NCBI GenBank assembly: GCA_051294905.1
Contig: CM119371.1
Coordinates: 19,842,001 to 19,906,000, forward strand
Source: Botryllus schlosseri
Lineage: Eukaryota
Length of the DNA stretch: 64,000 bases
Direction: 5' to 3'
Shown: piece by piece, positions 12,880 through 26,251 of the stretch
How the letters are laid out: every line of letters starts with the position of its first letter
Numbering within the stretch: the first letter of the stretch is position 1
Position numbers and translations under genes: made by a program
The notes under the pieces: model-generated
What the model saw: only the letters and a program-made list of their open reading frames with translations
Told to the model about the DNA's origin: nothing
The model's database searches: none

Positions 12880-14968
12880 CTAAAAAGAGATGGTGGCCAG
12901 TCAAAATGCCGGATTGATAGATCATGATAGACCTCGACATATCCGATAACTGCTGACGCCGTGACATGAATCAAAGGTGAATTTTGATTCCTTGTCGAAG
13001 TTGCTATTTTTGACTGTTACGATATAGAGAGTGATTCCTTCCTAACGTTACTATGTATAGATGTTGACGGTGTTCGCTCAGCTGTTGTATATGCGGACTG
13101 TTTTAATTAAATTGATGGCCAATCTTGATATTCAAATTTTGTAATTGCGCGGAATGTCAACGCATTATTCATTTCCCATTCGCTAGCAATTGAATATCTG
13201 GAAAAGTACATAATCGAATAACCCTAAGGCGCCTGAGCGATATGAAAACATATTAAATATCTCTTGAGTGATAACTTCCAATTACCTACTGCGGAGATTC
13301 ATGCGTCGTGACGTGTCATGGCGTAAATGCGATACTGAAAATTTCATAAGTGCGCAAATTCTATAAGATCTAAATGAAAAATTAATGAAGATAGTTATAC
13401 AAAATTCTGACGGACTTATACCGGTTCTCCTATAAATTAAATTGTTGTTGAGCCCAAAAGTACGGTGAGCCGTGTTACCGTTTTCACAACTCTTGATCCA
13501 GATTTTCGTGATGGCCATTTTGATTGGAGCGTGTTATTTGACATTGCGTCGGCGTGTGCCTTGAAATCGGAAATCATTCATTCCTTTCTCCAAAGGCTTT
13601 ACGGACGTTGATCAGAAAATGCGATCCAACTCAATTATAAGTAGCAAACAAATGCCGAAATGAGTTGTACAGGCCACTTGTGAACAGTTTGGTATACAAT
13701 TGTGACGAACGCCTTAAGTAGCCCAGGGACTGCGACACGACACCTTTCTGGGTAATACTTTCCAAACTTCGTGATCAATAATTTGATGTTCCATTTATTG
13801 GACAAGCGTTCAACGTCTTGCATTTTTTAAAGTTAGATAGAATATTTTAATATAGGTGGTGGACAGGCAGAAAACCTGCCACCGACCGTGGGTTGAGAAC
13901 CATTGGTTTAGGTCCAAGGTGGGGTGTGATTTAACAGGACCACAATAAGTCCTTTCGATACCCATCCATCACTTCATTTACCACAATCTTGCAGTGTTTA
14001 AAAAAATACTAAATAAACGAATGAACGCACGAACAGAAATTGATGTTACTACTATACTCAAATTCATCTTGTCACGATCATAAAGTAAGCTTCTATGGCA
14101 AAATGACACCAGATCGCATCATCGAACAACAGGCCGCATTAACACCACGGTATCGGCCACATACGATCGTGGAGTGGTAGCAGTTTCGAACAATTGCGCT
14201 GAACCACCCAATTATTCGAGATAAATACAGTCTTTAGCCAAACGCCAATCGCATAATTAGTGGATACTGAAAGCCATTCGCAGAACAAACGTAATTAGCT
14301 ACTGTCGGATAGACGTGATACGCATTTGTGGTTAACCAACCGAGGAGCAGTCACTTTTCACGTGATTAGTTGTGGATAGCAACGACCGACTTGTCATCAC
14401 GATCCATCATCAGAGTTTGTACATTTATGGTAAAGATATCATTTTATTTCTTGGTTGTGGGGTTCTGCACGTATCACAATTCGCTGGCGATAGTGTTATG
14501 AGACGTAGCTATGTAGGTTGTGTCTACGACGTGAGAGTTTGTACTATTCTCTGACGCGGGTGTTTTACGGTAGTATTGCGAGCGATAAACAGACCTACCA
14601 CAAATTTAACTTGTGATCAGGCACCAGAGGTGTTCTCTCAATTTTTGTAATACTCAGGTAGGGTTCGCCCATAATACTTTCACTACTTACTCGAGTGATT
14701 TTGTTTTTAGACTAACTTCAATTCCCTCGAACATTTGTTCAAACAAAACTACGTACTTTTTAAACATCGGATTTGAAAGCTAGAAAGCAGTTTTGAGGTG
14801 AGAGAGTGCTTCGCTTTTATGGGTCTAATTAATATATAACCCGCATGAAAACCGCAAAATATACCCTGTACTACGGTGACTCAATATATTTCGACAATTG
14901 TACTTATTTGTAGCGTCGTTACTTCTGCTTGTGTGAAAACTTTGTCTACTTTCACCACCTCTGTTGGG

Positions 14969-15382
14969 TAGGGTTACCATGTTTTGAGATTTGAAAAAGA
15001 GAACACTTTTTACTAGTTACAAAAGATATCATAGCGGACGAGAAAACAAACATGAAATATGAAATTTTTTAACGGGAAATAATATTGCGTTGGCTAAAAA
15101 AAAGTCCTTTTCCTACTCGGCTCCCAAAAGAGCCGCTCCCGCTTGTAGTCGATTGGCGTCGACATTTTTTAGTCAAATTTACTGTCACTGCCGTCGAAAT
15201 CCGGATGATTTCGAGTCATTTATGGTAATTTTAGTTGTTCGTGCACCATCGCCTGGCTCCCAAAGCTCCAAAGGAGGACGAATCGCTAATGATTAGGACG
15301 CCTGGGCCTCTTCGGGATACATTTTCGATTTCGTAAAAAATAAGGACAAATCGTTTTAAAGGAGGACGTATGGGTAACCCTA
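14969..15382. mobile_element. hAT MITE (TAGGGTTACC TIR) in gene 2 intron 2, about 20 bp from the exon 2 donor
   Basis: TIRs; TSD CTGTTGGG/CTGTTCGG; related ends near 690-704 and 56850. Confidence 0.85.
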
Positions 15383-15404
15383 CTGTTCGGCATAGGGTAC
15401 TCAC

Positions 15405-15573
15405 CACATCTCTCGATCTCAAGCAGTATCCGCTTTCTGGAAACCTGACAGGCGTCTTGTCGCAAATCGGGCTCTCTACACAGACAAGTTTCTTCCTGGG
15501 ATCGCACCTACCGACGGTGTTGAACAGTCCACCGCATTTTTCGTAAAGTTGTTTCGAGCAAACGAGACAGCAT
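15405..15573 (-). CDS. Single-IB-domain gene 2, exon 2
   Basis: cctgccag acceptor, gtgagt donor; CCLVCSKQLYEKCGGLFNTVGRCDPRKKLVCVESPICDKTPVRFPESGYCLRSRDV. Confidence 0.92.
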
Positions 15574-16001
15574 CTGGCAGGATATTTCAAGAGCAAATCG
15601 GTAAAATTGAGCTGTCGCGGGGGTGTCGCTGCTTTAAAACTGAAAAACTATTAAACGTCATCTCCTGAGGTTATTGACCGATACGAAATAATATCAAGAG
15701 AATAAACGGTTTAAATTTCAAAACGTCGCAGTAAATTAAATCATTGGGGGCCTATTCACTTTACCTTGATTTAATTGGAAAGTCGATGGTAATACTGGTT
15801 GGTGTTGTCGTTGTTTGCCTAGTATTCATGGTTTAGTGACATCTATGGTCATTTTACACCGGACCGATACTATTTATTACGATCCATGAGATGGCCAATT
15901 ATAGCACGGCTCAATTTAACCAAAAACGACAGTGGGTCGTGCGGAAAGACGGCGTGTCAGGAGTCATATTAATCAATATCGGTATCCTGGGGTACATGAC
16001 C

Positions 16002-16883
16002 CATTGTTGGGATCACTCGAGCCACCTTTTTCGCATGACTTGACTTGACTTGACTCGAGTCACTCTGCTGAAATGACTTGACTTGACTTGACTCGACGTA
16101 TCAGAAATGTGGATTGACTCGTGACTCGGAGCAAAATTCACGAGTCAATTTCAAGTCATCAAGTGATCGGTGTCGATTAAAATCAATATTTTGCATATGT
16201 TTGGACTGTTCGCGAAACGCTGGTGTAACCCATGAGAGCGACCAATCATTCAATGATCGTGCGTTTTACTGAGCCTTCATTGCTCTCTCGCGAATAAATT
16301 GAACGTAAACGAACTGATCGAATCTTACAGCCTGCGTTGTTGTAAACTAGTAGTAAAGTAATTTAATAGTAAAATGTATATTTATGTTCTCACCTTCACC
16401 AAACCTCTTGAAAGTGTATTCGAATATAGTTTATATAGTCCTCAACCATATTGGCGCAGGCTCAAATGGTATCATATGAATTTATAAATGGGTAATGTAT
16501 TGCATCTTATCAATTCGTTTCTCTATTCTTTATTTTGGCTGGTAACTATGAACGAGACTATGCAATTACCTACGTAGTTTAACAGTTCTACGTGTATATG
16601 AGCGATACAGCGCCTACTTGGGTGTATATTCAACTCTATATTCGTTCATCGGATCAGAACCAATGACCACTAAACCTGTATTTCAGACAGCTAGCAAAAT
16701 GCAATGACGTAATCATGCGCCATACTTCGAAAAGGCAACCTTACTTGAATTGTGACTTGACTCGTGACTCGACTTGACTCGAGTCACCTTCTAAAATCGA
16801 TTGACTTGAATTGAATCGAGTCAAAATGTCCAATGACTCGAAATGACTCGTGACTCGAAGGTAGTGACTTGATCGCAACACTG
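16002..16883. mobile_element. hAT MITE, AAGTC/GACTT family, copy 2 (gene 2 intron 1, opposite orientation to copy 1)
   Basis: Degenerate CAGTGTTGGGAT TIRs; TSD ACATGACC. Confidence 0.9.
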
Positions 16884-17479
16884 ACATGACCATAGACATC
16901 GAAACACATCGAATACCACCGACCTTCCAATTTTATCAATACTTATACCCGTGGAGTTATACGACATTTTAAATATTCGATGCATTCTTAATCTTTGACT
17001 GATGTTCCCTCTAAGCTGCGCACATGCGCAATTGAGCAGTGATGACCTCTTTAGCCGTTACGCACTGTTGTCCAATGGACCGTACCGCGCAGTGAGTTGG
17101 TGAGTGCACGCAGACTGGTGAAAAATTAGAGCGAACAGTGATCGAGATGTAGCCGTATTCTATATGCGGTTTGACAGAGATGGACGCAATTCGAATCCAC
17201 GATTAGAATTGGTAATTGGCCGAGAACGCTTGATTTAGGAACTGGACCCGGATTCGGTCTCTTTTGAATTGACACAAAATACAAACGCGCACTAACACAC
17301 GGTTTGAAAAGTACGTTTTACGGCAACGGGATCGCAAATCATCCCTGTTGCAGCTGTATTGCATCGATACAGTTACCGGGATAATCAGGTATATCTAAGA
17401 TCATCATCCATCGCCACTACTGCAGTTGTTATGCAGACGCCAGAATACACTAGGTATCATCCAAATAGGCATCACTCAC

Positions 17480-17616
17480 CCGCACGGGTCTAAAACAAGA
17501 CTGACTCCTCTCTTGCAGTAGGGATGTTCACATTTATCTTTATCGCAAATGCAGCTGAGCGATGATATCCCAACCACGCAAAGGGAAAGTACTGCAATTA
17601 TACTGAGTTTCATCAT
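17480..17616 (-). CDS. Single-IB-domain gene 2, coding exon 1
   Basis: MMKLSIIAVLSLCVVGISSLSCICDKDKCEHPYCKRGVSLVLDPC-GG, then gtgagt (phase 2). Confidence 0.9.
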
Positions 17617-19222
17617 CACGTCTGTCAGAAATCTGAAAAATTGTACGTAAGGGTAATTTGAAAGTTAGATGCATTCAGTCCGAATTAGCCTTGATACGTA
17701 TATCTTTTATTGCTACGATCGAAATTGTAGCGTAAGGAGTAGTCAATGGAATGAATGCAATGTCGCGAATCTGCCATTTAAGTAAGGAGCCTGTGGAACG
17801 ATCACTTTGATTTAATAAAAAAATACATAAAATATGCAAGTCACTCGGTATAATTTTAATTTTGGGAAATCCCATTCGACCACGATGGAAAAGTAAACAG
17901 ACTAAGTATGCTCGACGGAGTTTACCACGGGATGAGTACAGGCTGTGCGCTCGTTGCACAGATAAAAAGCAGATTACTGGTCATTGCTGCAATGTCGCTG
18001 TCAAGCAATTTTGTCGTATTGTTATGTTGTCATTGCAACATAACGCGGGATAGATCCTAAATATGCTATATCTATCAATATAAAACAACGCTGGACTGCG
18101 TAGAACAGATTTGTAAATGTACAACGCTGCTCTCTATATCCGAATATTGACATTTTCGAGATAGCTCCTATAGCATCGCGCTCATAGAAAATATCGTTCA
18201 AATAATGGTTCACCCGAAGTATCGGCCTCAGATATGAATCATGAAAATTATACGGTCGCTGCGCATTGCGATTGACAAATATAAGTTCCGCCGAGTTTAT
18301 TATTTGCATTATTATTTGGACCGGTGATCTTCAATTCTGCTTGAAGTTAAACTCTGGTATTCACTCTTTCTAGTCAACAGTCGGCCTAGCATATACAATC
18401 AACTTTCAGGACAGGAATAGATTTTATTTGGATAAGATTTTTACAAAATTATACTTGGCATTGCCTTCGTTAGGTGGAGGTGATATCCTTAAGCCTCAAC
18501 TATTGATATTGCTCTCAATCATGATACACGGTTGCGAAACGAAGTCAATGAATTATCGCGCATGTCTATCTCTCGTGTTGTTACAAACCTTCATAAATTC
18601 CTGTTACAATATTTTATTGATGTAACATATAATGCATATATGCAAGACATTCGTTGTGCATGGCTTCATTTTATCTTCGTCACAGAAAAAAAAACGTGCC
18701 CGTAGCTTGGAAAAGGAGACGAGTTTGATAAGGATAATCCTCACATCACTGCGGATTCTTGGCAACACTCGCATATACTGCTAAGACGAGGCGAAGCCGT
18801 AAAGCCGATATCATTAATTTTATCTTGTCATTCTGTGCACCGCGTTGTGGGAGAATACTTGGAAACAACAGATTAATATGGAGACACAGCCCGCTTATCC
18901 ACTTCAAAAGTACATCAAAAGTAGTTCAAATGCGCATACGCTGCTATTGCACTTGAGTGCCTTTGGGCATAAAAGTTTACATAATTTGGAACCAAAGTAA
19001 TACCGGCACCCTATTGGATGAACTGGTCACTTGCCAGTAACGAATTAGTTGGGTACTTCTACATATAAAATTATAAAAACTAGGTTTAAGTAGCCTGCTT
19101 ACACTAGTAATTCAAGTAGGTACAGTTTCTGGTTACTTCCACTGCTACTTATACAATCTCAAAAGCAGAACTGCGAACTTTTGATGTTATTTATTTCGTC
19201 AAGTAGGAAGTGTAGTACACGG

Positions 19223-20053
19223 TAGGGATGGTGTGAACGTGAGGCTCACGTTCGCATTCTGTGTTTGAAGTTTGAACCTGAGAAATTTAGAGGTTCACGT
19301 TCACAAACGAACCTTGGTAGGTTTTGCATTGTGAACCTTTTCCATTTATTACAATTTTACACGTCATTAGAACATCCTCGGTTAAAATTCTTTGTATCTA
19401 AAGATCGGACCACTCTATGCATGGCGCGGGCAGTATAAAAAATCAACACTAAACGAGCATGCACCTTGACAATCTTAAAAAAGTTAACTTGCTTTGTCAC
19501 AAAAGCTTACTCGAAATATCCAGCTTTCCGTTTGCGAATAATTAGTGACTCTCTGCTGTGAGCTTGACCCGCAATCACACAACATCAAGAGCGAAATATG
19601 CGATATGTAAGTCTGGGTAGTCATTGAATGATGCTTATTGAACCAATCAATGAAATTTATATAAAGAATACATCATTGTAACTTGTTAATGGGGTAATAT
19701 AGTACAGAAAGTATATAACGTATAGCAATAAGTAAGAAAACCCCTTTTACACTCTGCTCAATATCAATGTAGCAATAGTCAGATGACGAATACATCGTCC
19801 GGTCTGACCTAGACCGTTAAGACGTAAGCTTATATTCCCTTGCAATCAGCGCGTACTTCAGCATTGTGACATAATGTGGCCTGAGTCGTCGCCACCGTGT
19901 ACAATAATATATCACTTTACTGAAATGGCAGATTGGAATTAGCATTTTGACGTCACGTGACTTCATAGGTTCACGTTCGCGTTCAGACCGACCCTTTCAA
20001 AATGGTTCGCGTATACACGAGCCTGAACCTTTCAGAGGTTCACACCATCTCTA
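19223..20053. mobile_element. hAT MITE, TAGGGATG TIR / GTGAAC-repeat family, copy 1
   Basis: Ac-like TIR; TSD GTACACGG/GTACACCG. Confidence 0.88.
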
Positions 20054-20550
20054 GTACACCGATACATTACTCTCTTTGTCATGAGTGAATATGCCTGGCA
20101 TGGGGCGATACTGATATTGTATCGCGGAAACCGATTTTCATTTCGTGAATTCGAGCTTACTAAATCGGTTCTTCTATATCAAATTGACTACACTGTGAAT
20201 AAGAACTGCGCACTTCGCATGCCCCCACCATAGCGTAGAGTAGTTCTTAGTAACATATGGTACATTCCGCTGGGCCAACAGCAATGGGTTGCAGGTCGAA
20301 TTAGGTATAGACTTCGGATTCCCTTCCAAGGGTTTAAGGTTAATCACGGCTTCTCATTCTCTCCGCAAAGCCAGACTAGATAGGAATATTAGAAAATCGC
20401 TAGAACAATTGGGGCCGTTTAATAAGACCTCAGGAATCATAACAAGAATATCGGTCTGGTGTAAAATTATCATAGATGTCCACATTGTCCAAATACGACG
20501 AATATTGAACAAGAACAACAGCAGCATAGGCTGCAATTCAGGTAAACAAG

Positions 20551-21409
20551 TAGGGATGGTGTGAACCCTAAAAAGGTTCAGGTTCGTGTGAACGCGAACC
20601 TTTTTGAAAGGTTCTGCGTGAACGCGAACGTGAACCTCATGACGTCACGTGACGTCATATTGCTAATTCCAAACTTACATTTCAGTGACGTGATAGCCTA
20701 TAACAATGTAAACGTCGACAAACGTCATCAAATGTATTAAATGGAGCAATCAAATCATATAATGATCCCATAAAATCAATGTCTTCCGTCGCTCATTTGC
20801 CAACAATTTAGACCAGGACTTGGAAGGTAATATAAGCTTACGACTTAACGGTCTAGGCCAGACCAGACAGTTCATTCGGCGTCTGAGTATTGCTGCTGCG
20901 TTGATATTGCGCAGAGCGAAAAACGGGTTTCTATACTTGCCACCGATGTCACCCCATCAACAAGTTATATAGCAGTAGCCAACACCCCAATCGCAAGGAT
21001 TTGTTTTTTATGATACAATAAACACATGAAATCAAGATTGACCGCGTACGGCAGCCAGATTTTTTTTACATCAGACAACGATATCAGTTTCATTGATTGG
21101 TTGAATAAGCATCAAACGAAAAGCTGGATATTTCGAGCAAGCATTTGTTACTAAGCAAGTAGAATTTTTGAGATTTTCAAGGTGCATGGTCGTTCAGTGC
21201 TGATTTTTTTTATGCTGCCAGCGGCAGTGGCTCGCAGTTGACATGTAATAAATTTCAACCAAAGATGTTATAATGAAGTGAAAATTGTAATATATGAAAA
21301 AGGTTCACAGTGCAGAACCTACCGAGGTTCGTTTGTGAACGTGAACCTCTAAACTTCGAAGGTTCACACACAGAACGCGAACGTGAACCTCACGTTCACA
21401 CCATCCCTA
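20551..21409. mobile_element. hAT MITE, TAGGGATG family, copy 2 (inverted relative to copy 1)
   Basis: TAGGGATGGTGTGAAC TIRs; flanks GTAAACAAG/GTAAACAG. Confidence 0.88.
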
Positions 21410-21859
21410 GTAAACAGCAGTCTCTATTGTACAGGTTTTGAGGGTTAAGGTACATGATTGGTGTATTTGGCTCGTTTTCACCTATTCGAGTGGGTGTGAA
21501 AGCAGGATCTAGTACCAGAACCTGGCGGTACCTTGCACGTAACTCTAACAGGAGCTAATCGCCATTTTCAATTCATAAGACTATGAAAGACTTCTGTTAC
21601 TCGCTCTCTTGACTACCTAGCGATTGTTGCTAATGATTACGAATTACTGGTTACAAATTAGTCATGTACATTTGTACATCTGAAATGGTCTGATGAACAT
21701 CAGTGCCTTCTGCGAAGGATACAGTGATGATTATTTTTCGAACCACATGTGGTTTTGTTTTTGTGCGCGACACAGATCTTTCTGTGCGCGCAGACTTTCA
21801 CAGCAAAGCGTGCGCGCGCACGCACCCAGCTCAGAAGGAACATCGGTCAGGATGTTCTC

Positions 21860-22000
21860 TATAGAGAATGACACGCCTTGTTGCCTAGCTGCACATTCCT
21901 GATTCCATACTCCCGTTCGCCTGAATATCTGGGGCAATGGATGAGGAAATTCTCAACAGTTTCTTCTTGCAGGCAAGTATGACATAGTCCGTCTAGAGAT
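21860..22000 (-). mobile_element. Non-LTR retrotransposon C-terminal zinc-knuckle remnant
   Basis: DGLCHTCLQEETVENFLIHCPRYSGER; a similar remnant lies at about 6170-6250 (+). Confidence 0.55.
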
Positions 22001-22174
22001 TGTGAATGACTCACTATTAGCACACTCGCTATTTCGAGACAGTCTGTTTTGGCACAAATATATTGTAATCATAAGTCAATTGCGGCCACGAAAATCGCAA
22101 CCTATCCCATTCCAAATTACTAATTATTATAGGTTTCTATGCTAAGATTGTAAAACCAGAAATCAGGCATCCAA

Positions 22175-22249
22175 TCAATAATAAATTGGAGGCCGTACTT
22201 CAGCTGGGCACATGACTCCATTCAACTTGCAGAGTTTCTTCGCGATTTT
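22175..22249 (-). CDS. Single-IB-domain gene 3, exon 3; protein 132 aa
   Basis: ttttgattttcag acceptor; KIAKKLCKLNGVMCPAEVRPPIYY*; no canonical AATAAA seen just downstream. Confidence 0.85.
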   Translation of the reverse strand, partial: KIAKKLCKLNGVMCPAEVRPPIYY

Positions 22250-24348
22250 CTGAAAATCAAAATACGCGAATGATTTTATCGTAATACAATCTAATCAAGA
22301 TCTTTTTCGATGGGAGTTTTCAAGGTAAGGAGTACTTGTGTAGCCAATCTACTTATATGTGCAGAAGTAGTGACAGTAATCATTGGTGCTACTAAAGTTG
22401 AAGTATGGGTGTATTTTCGCCGTGAAGTTCTACCCGATTGCAAGTACAGTACTGCAATAATTTACAAGACATGCTAGAACGTAACGCCTGAAGAGTACTC
22501 AAGTGATAACGTTACAATCTTCATTGCCCAGTTGCTAATACAATTTCACTTACAAAGGTGTCGCAATTGTAACCAAAATGCTCATTACTCGTCAAGATTT
22601 ATATCATCGAATTTTGCAGATAGTAAGGTATGTGGTACAAAAATATAACCTTTCCTGTAAGATGACTTGAGTATAGCCAAGTACTTTTACGTAACGGATG
22701 TGTTTCGTTAACGACCACATTTGCAGAGCTTCTTGGAGTTACAAAATTTCCATATACAATTGAATAGCATATTCATATTGAAATGAACCCAAATATTTTC
22801 GGCTGACACTCGTCAGGGGTAATCGTCAGCAACTAGTAGAGAATTGGAACGAGCATTGTATCAACAATGGTGTCACAAAATATGACGTCACATGAATATA
22901 CTCTTCAATTATAACACATTTGGATATCTGTTTTTAGAATCTGTAACTCCCTTAATAGGTACGTAATAATAGAATAACACACGATCGCGTTTCTTCAAAG
23001 TACATGCACATTGCCTGGATACAAAGCATTCAAGGACGGCGGGTGTGACTAAAATCATGGATATATCATATTTACTATACAGTCCATAGAAGCTATTTGA
23101 ATCATATTGGCTGGTCAGCAGTCCCATCGTGTAGTGCTTTTGTAATATTCTGATATCCAACAATCCAGTTAGTAGGTATTTTTCAGACAATGTATCTGAT
23201 GGCAATAAACTCTTGTGTCTGATAGTCGATATTGTGTACAGTTTGCGTTCAAGGAGAAAGTTTGCCTTGCTAAATTATGCCATCGGCAATTTAGTAATTT
23301 CTTCCCGATTACGAAAATAGGAGAACGCGAAGTATGTGATTCATTTACTTCTGAAACTAATTGTGTGTGCTTGAGGAATACGTTTACCGTTCAATTTCGT
23401 AATTAGACATTCGCTTTGTACCTGCACCAAGCCCGACCAAAACACAACTGATATTCTTCAACTGTGCGTAAACGCAGACGGTACATGACAGAAATACCTC
23501 CGTAAGACCAAATTGAAATATTTCCATCGCTATGGTGAACGATTTCCCTCGAATCAATTTCGATCAGTGCTGTTCCCAATTTGTTTCCAACACCGATAAT
23601 ATTATAACTGATATGGACGTTATCAACGCGACTTAGGGGGATGGCCGGGATGGGAGATGGCTCAGCTACTAGAACATCAAGCGACGTTGTTGCTGTTGTT
23701 CTATGAGGGGTTAATGGTGCTTAACTACTATCAGCCAATGTTCAAACTTGACTATCCGCTAAATTAGATAAGTCGGGACACTAACACGAATTCAACAACA
23801 GGTTGAATGATATCGCTAGGTAATCCTTCCGCTACGATACCGTGGTTCTATGACGTCACGGGATTGCAGAAATATTTTTATTCGCTAATATATTTTGAAA
23901 TGCAAGTCCCAGATATCGATGCACCTGACTACATACGTTTTTTATGATTTTTACAAGTGGAAATTAGATTAGGGATAAGTTTGCGTCACTTTCGTGGGTG
24001 AAAATTGCAACAACAAAAAAGACAGTGTAACATAGACCCTGAATTACGGTAGCGGAATATACTTTCGAATCGTTCTTAGTCCTTTTGCGTTATTCGACAA
24101 GATACATCTCGGAATTGTGATAGTGGCCAACTGCTTATAGTACGCGACACCTCGACCAAACCTACGTTTTGTAATTACTCACTTGACTACTTTCATTTTA
24201 TTCTGCAACTTGAAGTAGTTTTGATGTCTTGGCAATTTTCACATCTACTTGTAATCGTGTAAAAATTTATATCGGTACTTCCAGTTCTACTTTGGTAGTA
24301 ACGCTGCCTACTTTGCCCAACTCTGAAAAAATGGATTCGTGTACTTAC

Positions 24349-24529
24349 CACGTCGTACTTATTCACACAGTAGCCATTACGTTGAAACAGAAGCATTTCG
24401 TCTCTATTGCTGCCCCCACAGATCGGCTCTTGCACACAGACTAAATTCTTTTCGGGGTCACATTTACCGGAGATTCCAAAGTCCCCACCGCACGGTTCGC
24501 CTTCTTGCTTCGAGCAGACATCGCAACAG
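24349..24529 (-). CDS. Single-IB-domain gene 3, exon 2
   Basis: ttctccag acceptor, gtaagt donor; CCDVCSKQEGEPCGGDFGISGKCDPEKNLVCVQEPICGGSNRDEMLLFQRNGYCVNKYDV. Confidence 0.92.
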
Positions 24530-25335
24530 CTGGAGAATTGAGATACGAACTGAGCATTGACTTGGATTTGGATTTGCGAAAACCGGAATTAAAGATTTCA
24601 AGCGGATTCGGAGTTACTATTATTTAGAGCTGGATTTGGATTTTAACAGAAACATGGATTACTCGATTCTAATTTTCATGAAACTTCGTAATAGATTTGA
24701 GCCAGTAACAGACTTGACATAATACGGAATATTTCTGAATTTGGAGATGAAATTCGATGAAGAGGAGGTGAGAGGAAAATTTAAATGTGAGGTCCTGCAT
24801 CAGCTTTTTAATTTGATAATATGTAGTAATAAGCAATTATGTTGCCACATCAATTTTGTAATAGGCAGAGCGGCTAACCCTCACCAGAATGGCACGATGA
24901 AAATTTGGGGCGTGTCAGGGCATTTAACATCGGCCTGACGTCACGGGTTCCACTAGCTACGCCCCATGAGCCCAGCAAATATATAAGTTCCTGTATACAG
25001 TATATCAGATAGCATTTATCACTTTGTAATATCAGTTGTGGTCCAAATAGCAATCGTCCCTACCGAGTAGAAGTATAAGTTGCGCCCTCGTACGAGTACA
25101 AATAAAGATATGAAAGGTCTGCCAAAGCTACTTCACGTGGAAGTCATAAATGAAAGGTCATAAATGAGTTCAAAAAGTAGATTTGGTCGAAAGATTGCAT
25201 GCTTTTGACAGTTAATCGGAGGTATAGCTAATTTCGAAACGACACCACAAGATATGTGTAATACTTTAATATTTGCCGGAATGCCAGAGCTATCTCCTCA
25301 TATCTAAGATCATTAGACCTACGTAGGCTACTTAC

Positions 25336-25478
25336 CCACATATGCCTTTAACCAAGCTCACACCTTTATCACATTTGGGAGTTTTGCAAGGATAGGTTCC
25401 GCATGGTAAGCAGCTAAGTGCAGACGAGAGTGCGACACAAGTTGCGAGCAGTACGGCGATACACAGTGTCCTCTTCAT
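25336..25478 (-). CDS. Single-IB-domain gene 3, coding exon 1
   Basis: MKRTLCIAVLLATCVALSSALSCLPCGTYPCKTPKCDKGVSLVKGIC-GG, then gtaagt (phase 2). Confidence 0.9.
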
Positions 25479-25595
25479 GTCGATAATACGGATATTAAAA
25501 TATATAAGCAGCAATCAAGTATTTCTGATGAGCGGTACCTCTACGCTGGTACAAGTACTGTTACGGAATATGGTAAACCCATCCACCACAACAGC

Positions 25596-25602
25596 TTATA
25601 TA
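25596..25602 (-). promoter_or_regulatory. Candidate TATA box of gene 3
   Basis: TATATAA about 120 bp upstream of the ATG; motif and position only. Confidence 0.3.
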
Positions 25603-26251
25603 CTCACAATCCCCTCGTCGTCTCGCTATAACACCATTCAAAAACATCCCGTTTCATAAATATCCTATAAATGTAGCGTCATTACACGTGTTACAAAACC
25701 GATGTTTCCCGGATTTCATAATTTGCCTACTTTCGGTGGTATTGGGAATTTCGAGCATCCTGTGTTTATAACAGTCGCAGGTAAATGATCGTCTCGGGCT
25801 TATAAATAAATGTCTGTATCATATTTACGTATCTGTTAGGCTACGCCGAAATGGCATAATAATAATCATGTGAATGATTAAAGTAGCTCGGGAATTAAGA
25901 GATGTTTGTATTGCTATTGCTTAGTTTTGTTTTGCTCTAGCAACAGACACAACATTTCGCTTTCGAATCTGAAACAGATGGAACGCCATTGTTGATTTTA
26001 CAAATACGATGCTTCACTGATTGGATCATCTATTAATTTTTTATGGTAAATGTTTGCCGCGGGCATTTACCATATAATTATGTGTGAATCATATCCACGC
26101 TTATGTTACAACGCTTCGAAACAACACAATATTAATCCAGTCGGCGGTTGAAAATAGTCCGGGAAATAAAACGTGATTTGAAGGCTTCGTGTTATAGTAT
26201 TGAAGACTCACATGAAGTGCTTTTATGAAATAAATCTAGTAACTATGTACA

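Noticed and set aside
14100..14200. AIVRNCYHSTIVC (C-x6-C) as exon 3 of gene 2
   Set aside because: No phase-0 acceptor in that frame; 12796-12879 fits far better
25700..25760. NF-kB/STAT-like sites upstream of gene 3 (GGGAATTTCG, TTCCCGGAT)
   Set aside because: Both mismatch the consensus and I saw no counterpart at the other paralogs
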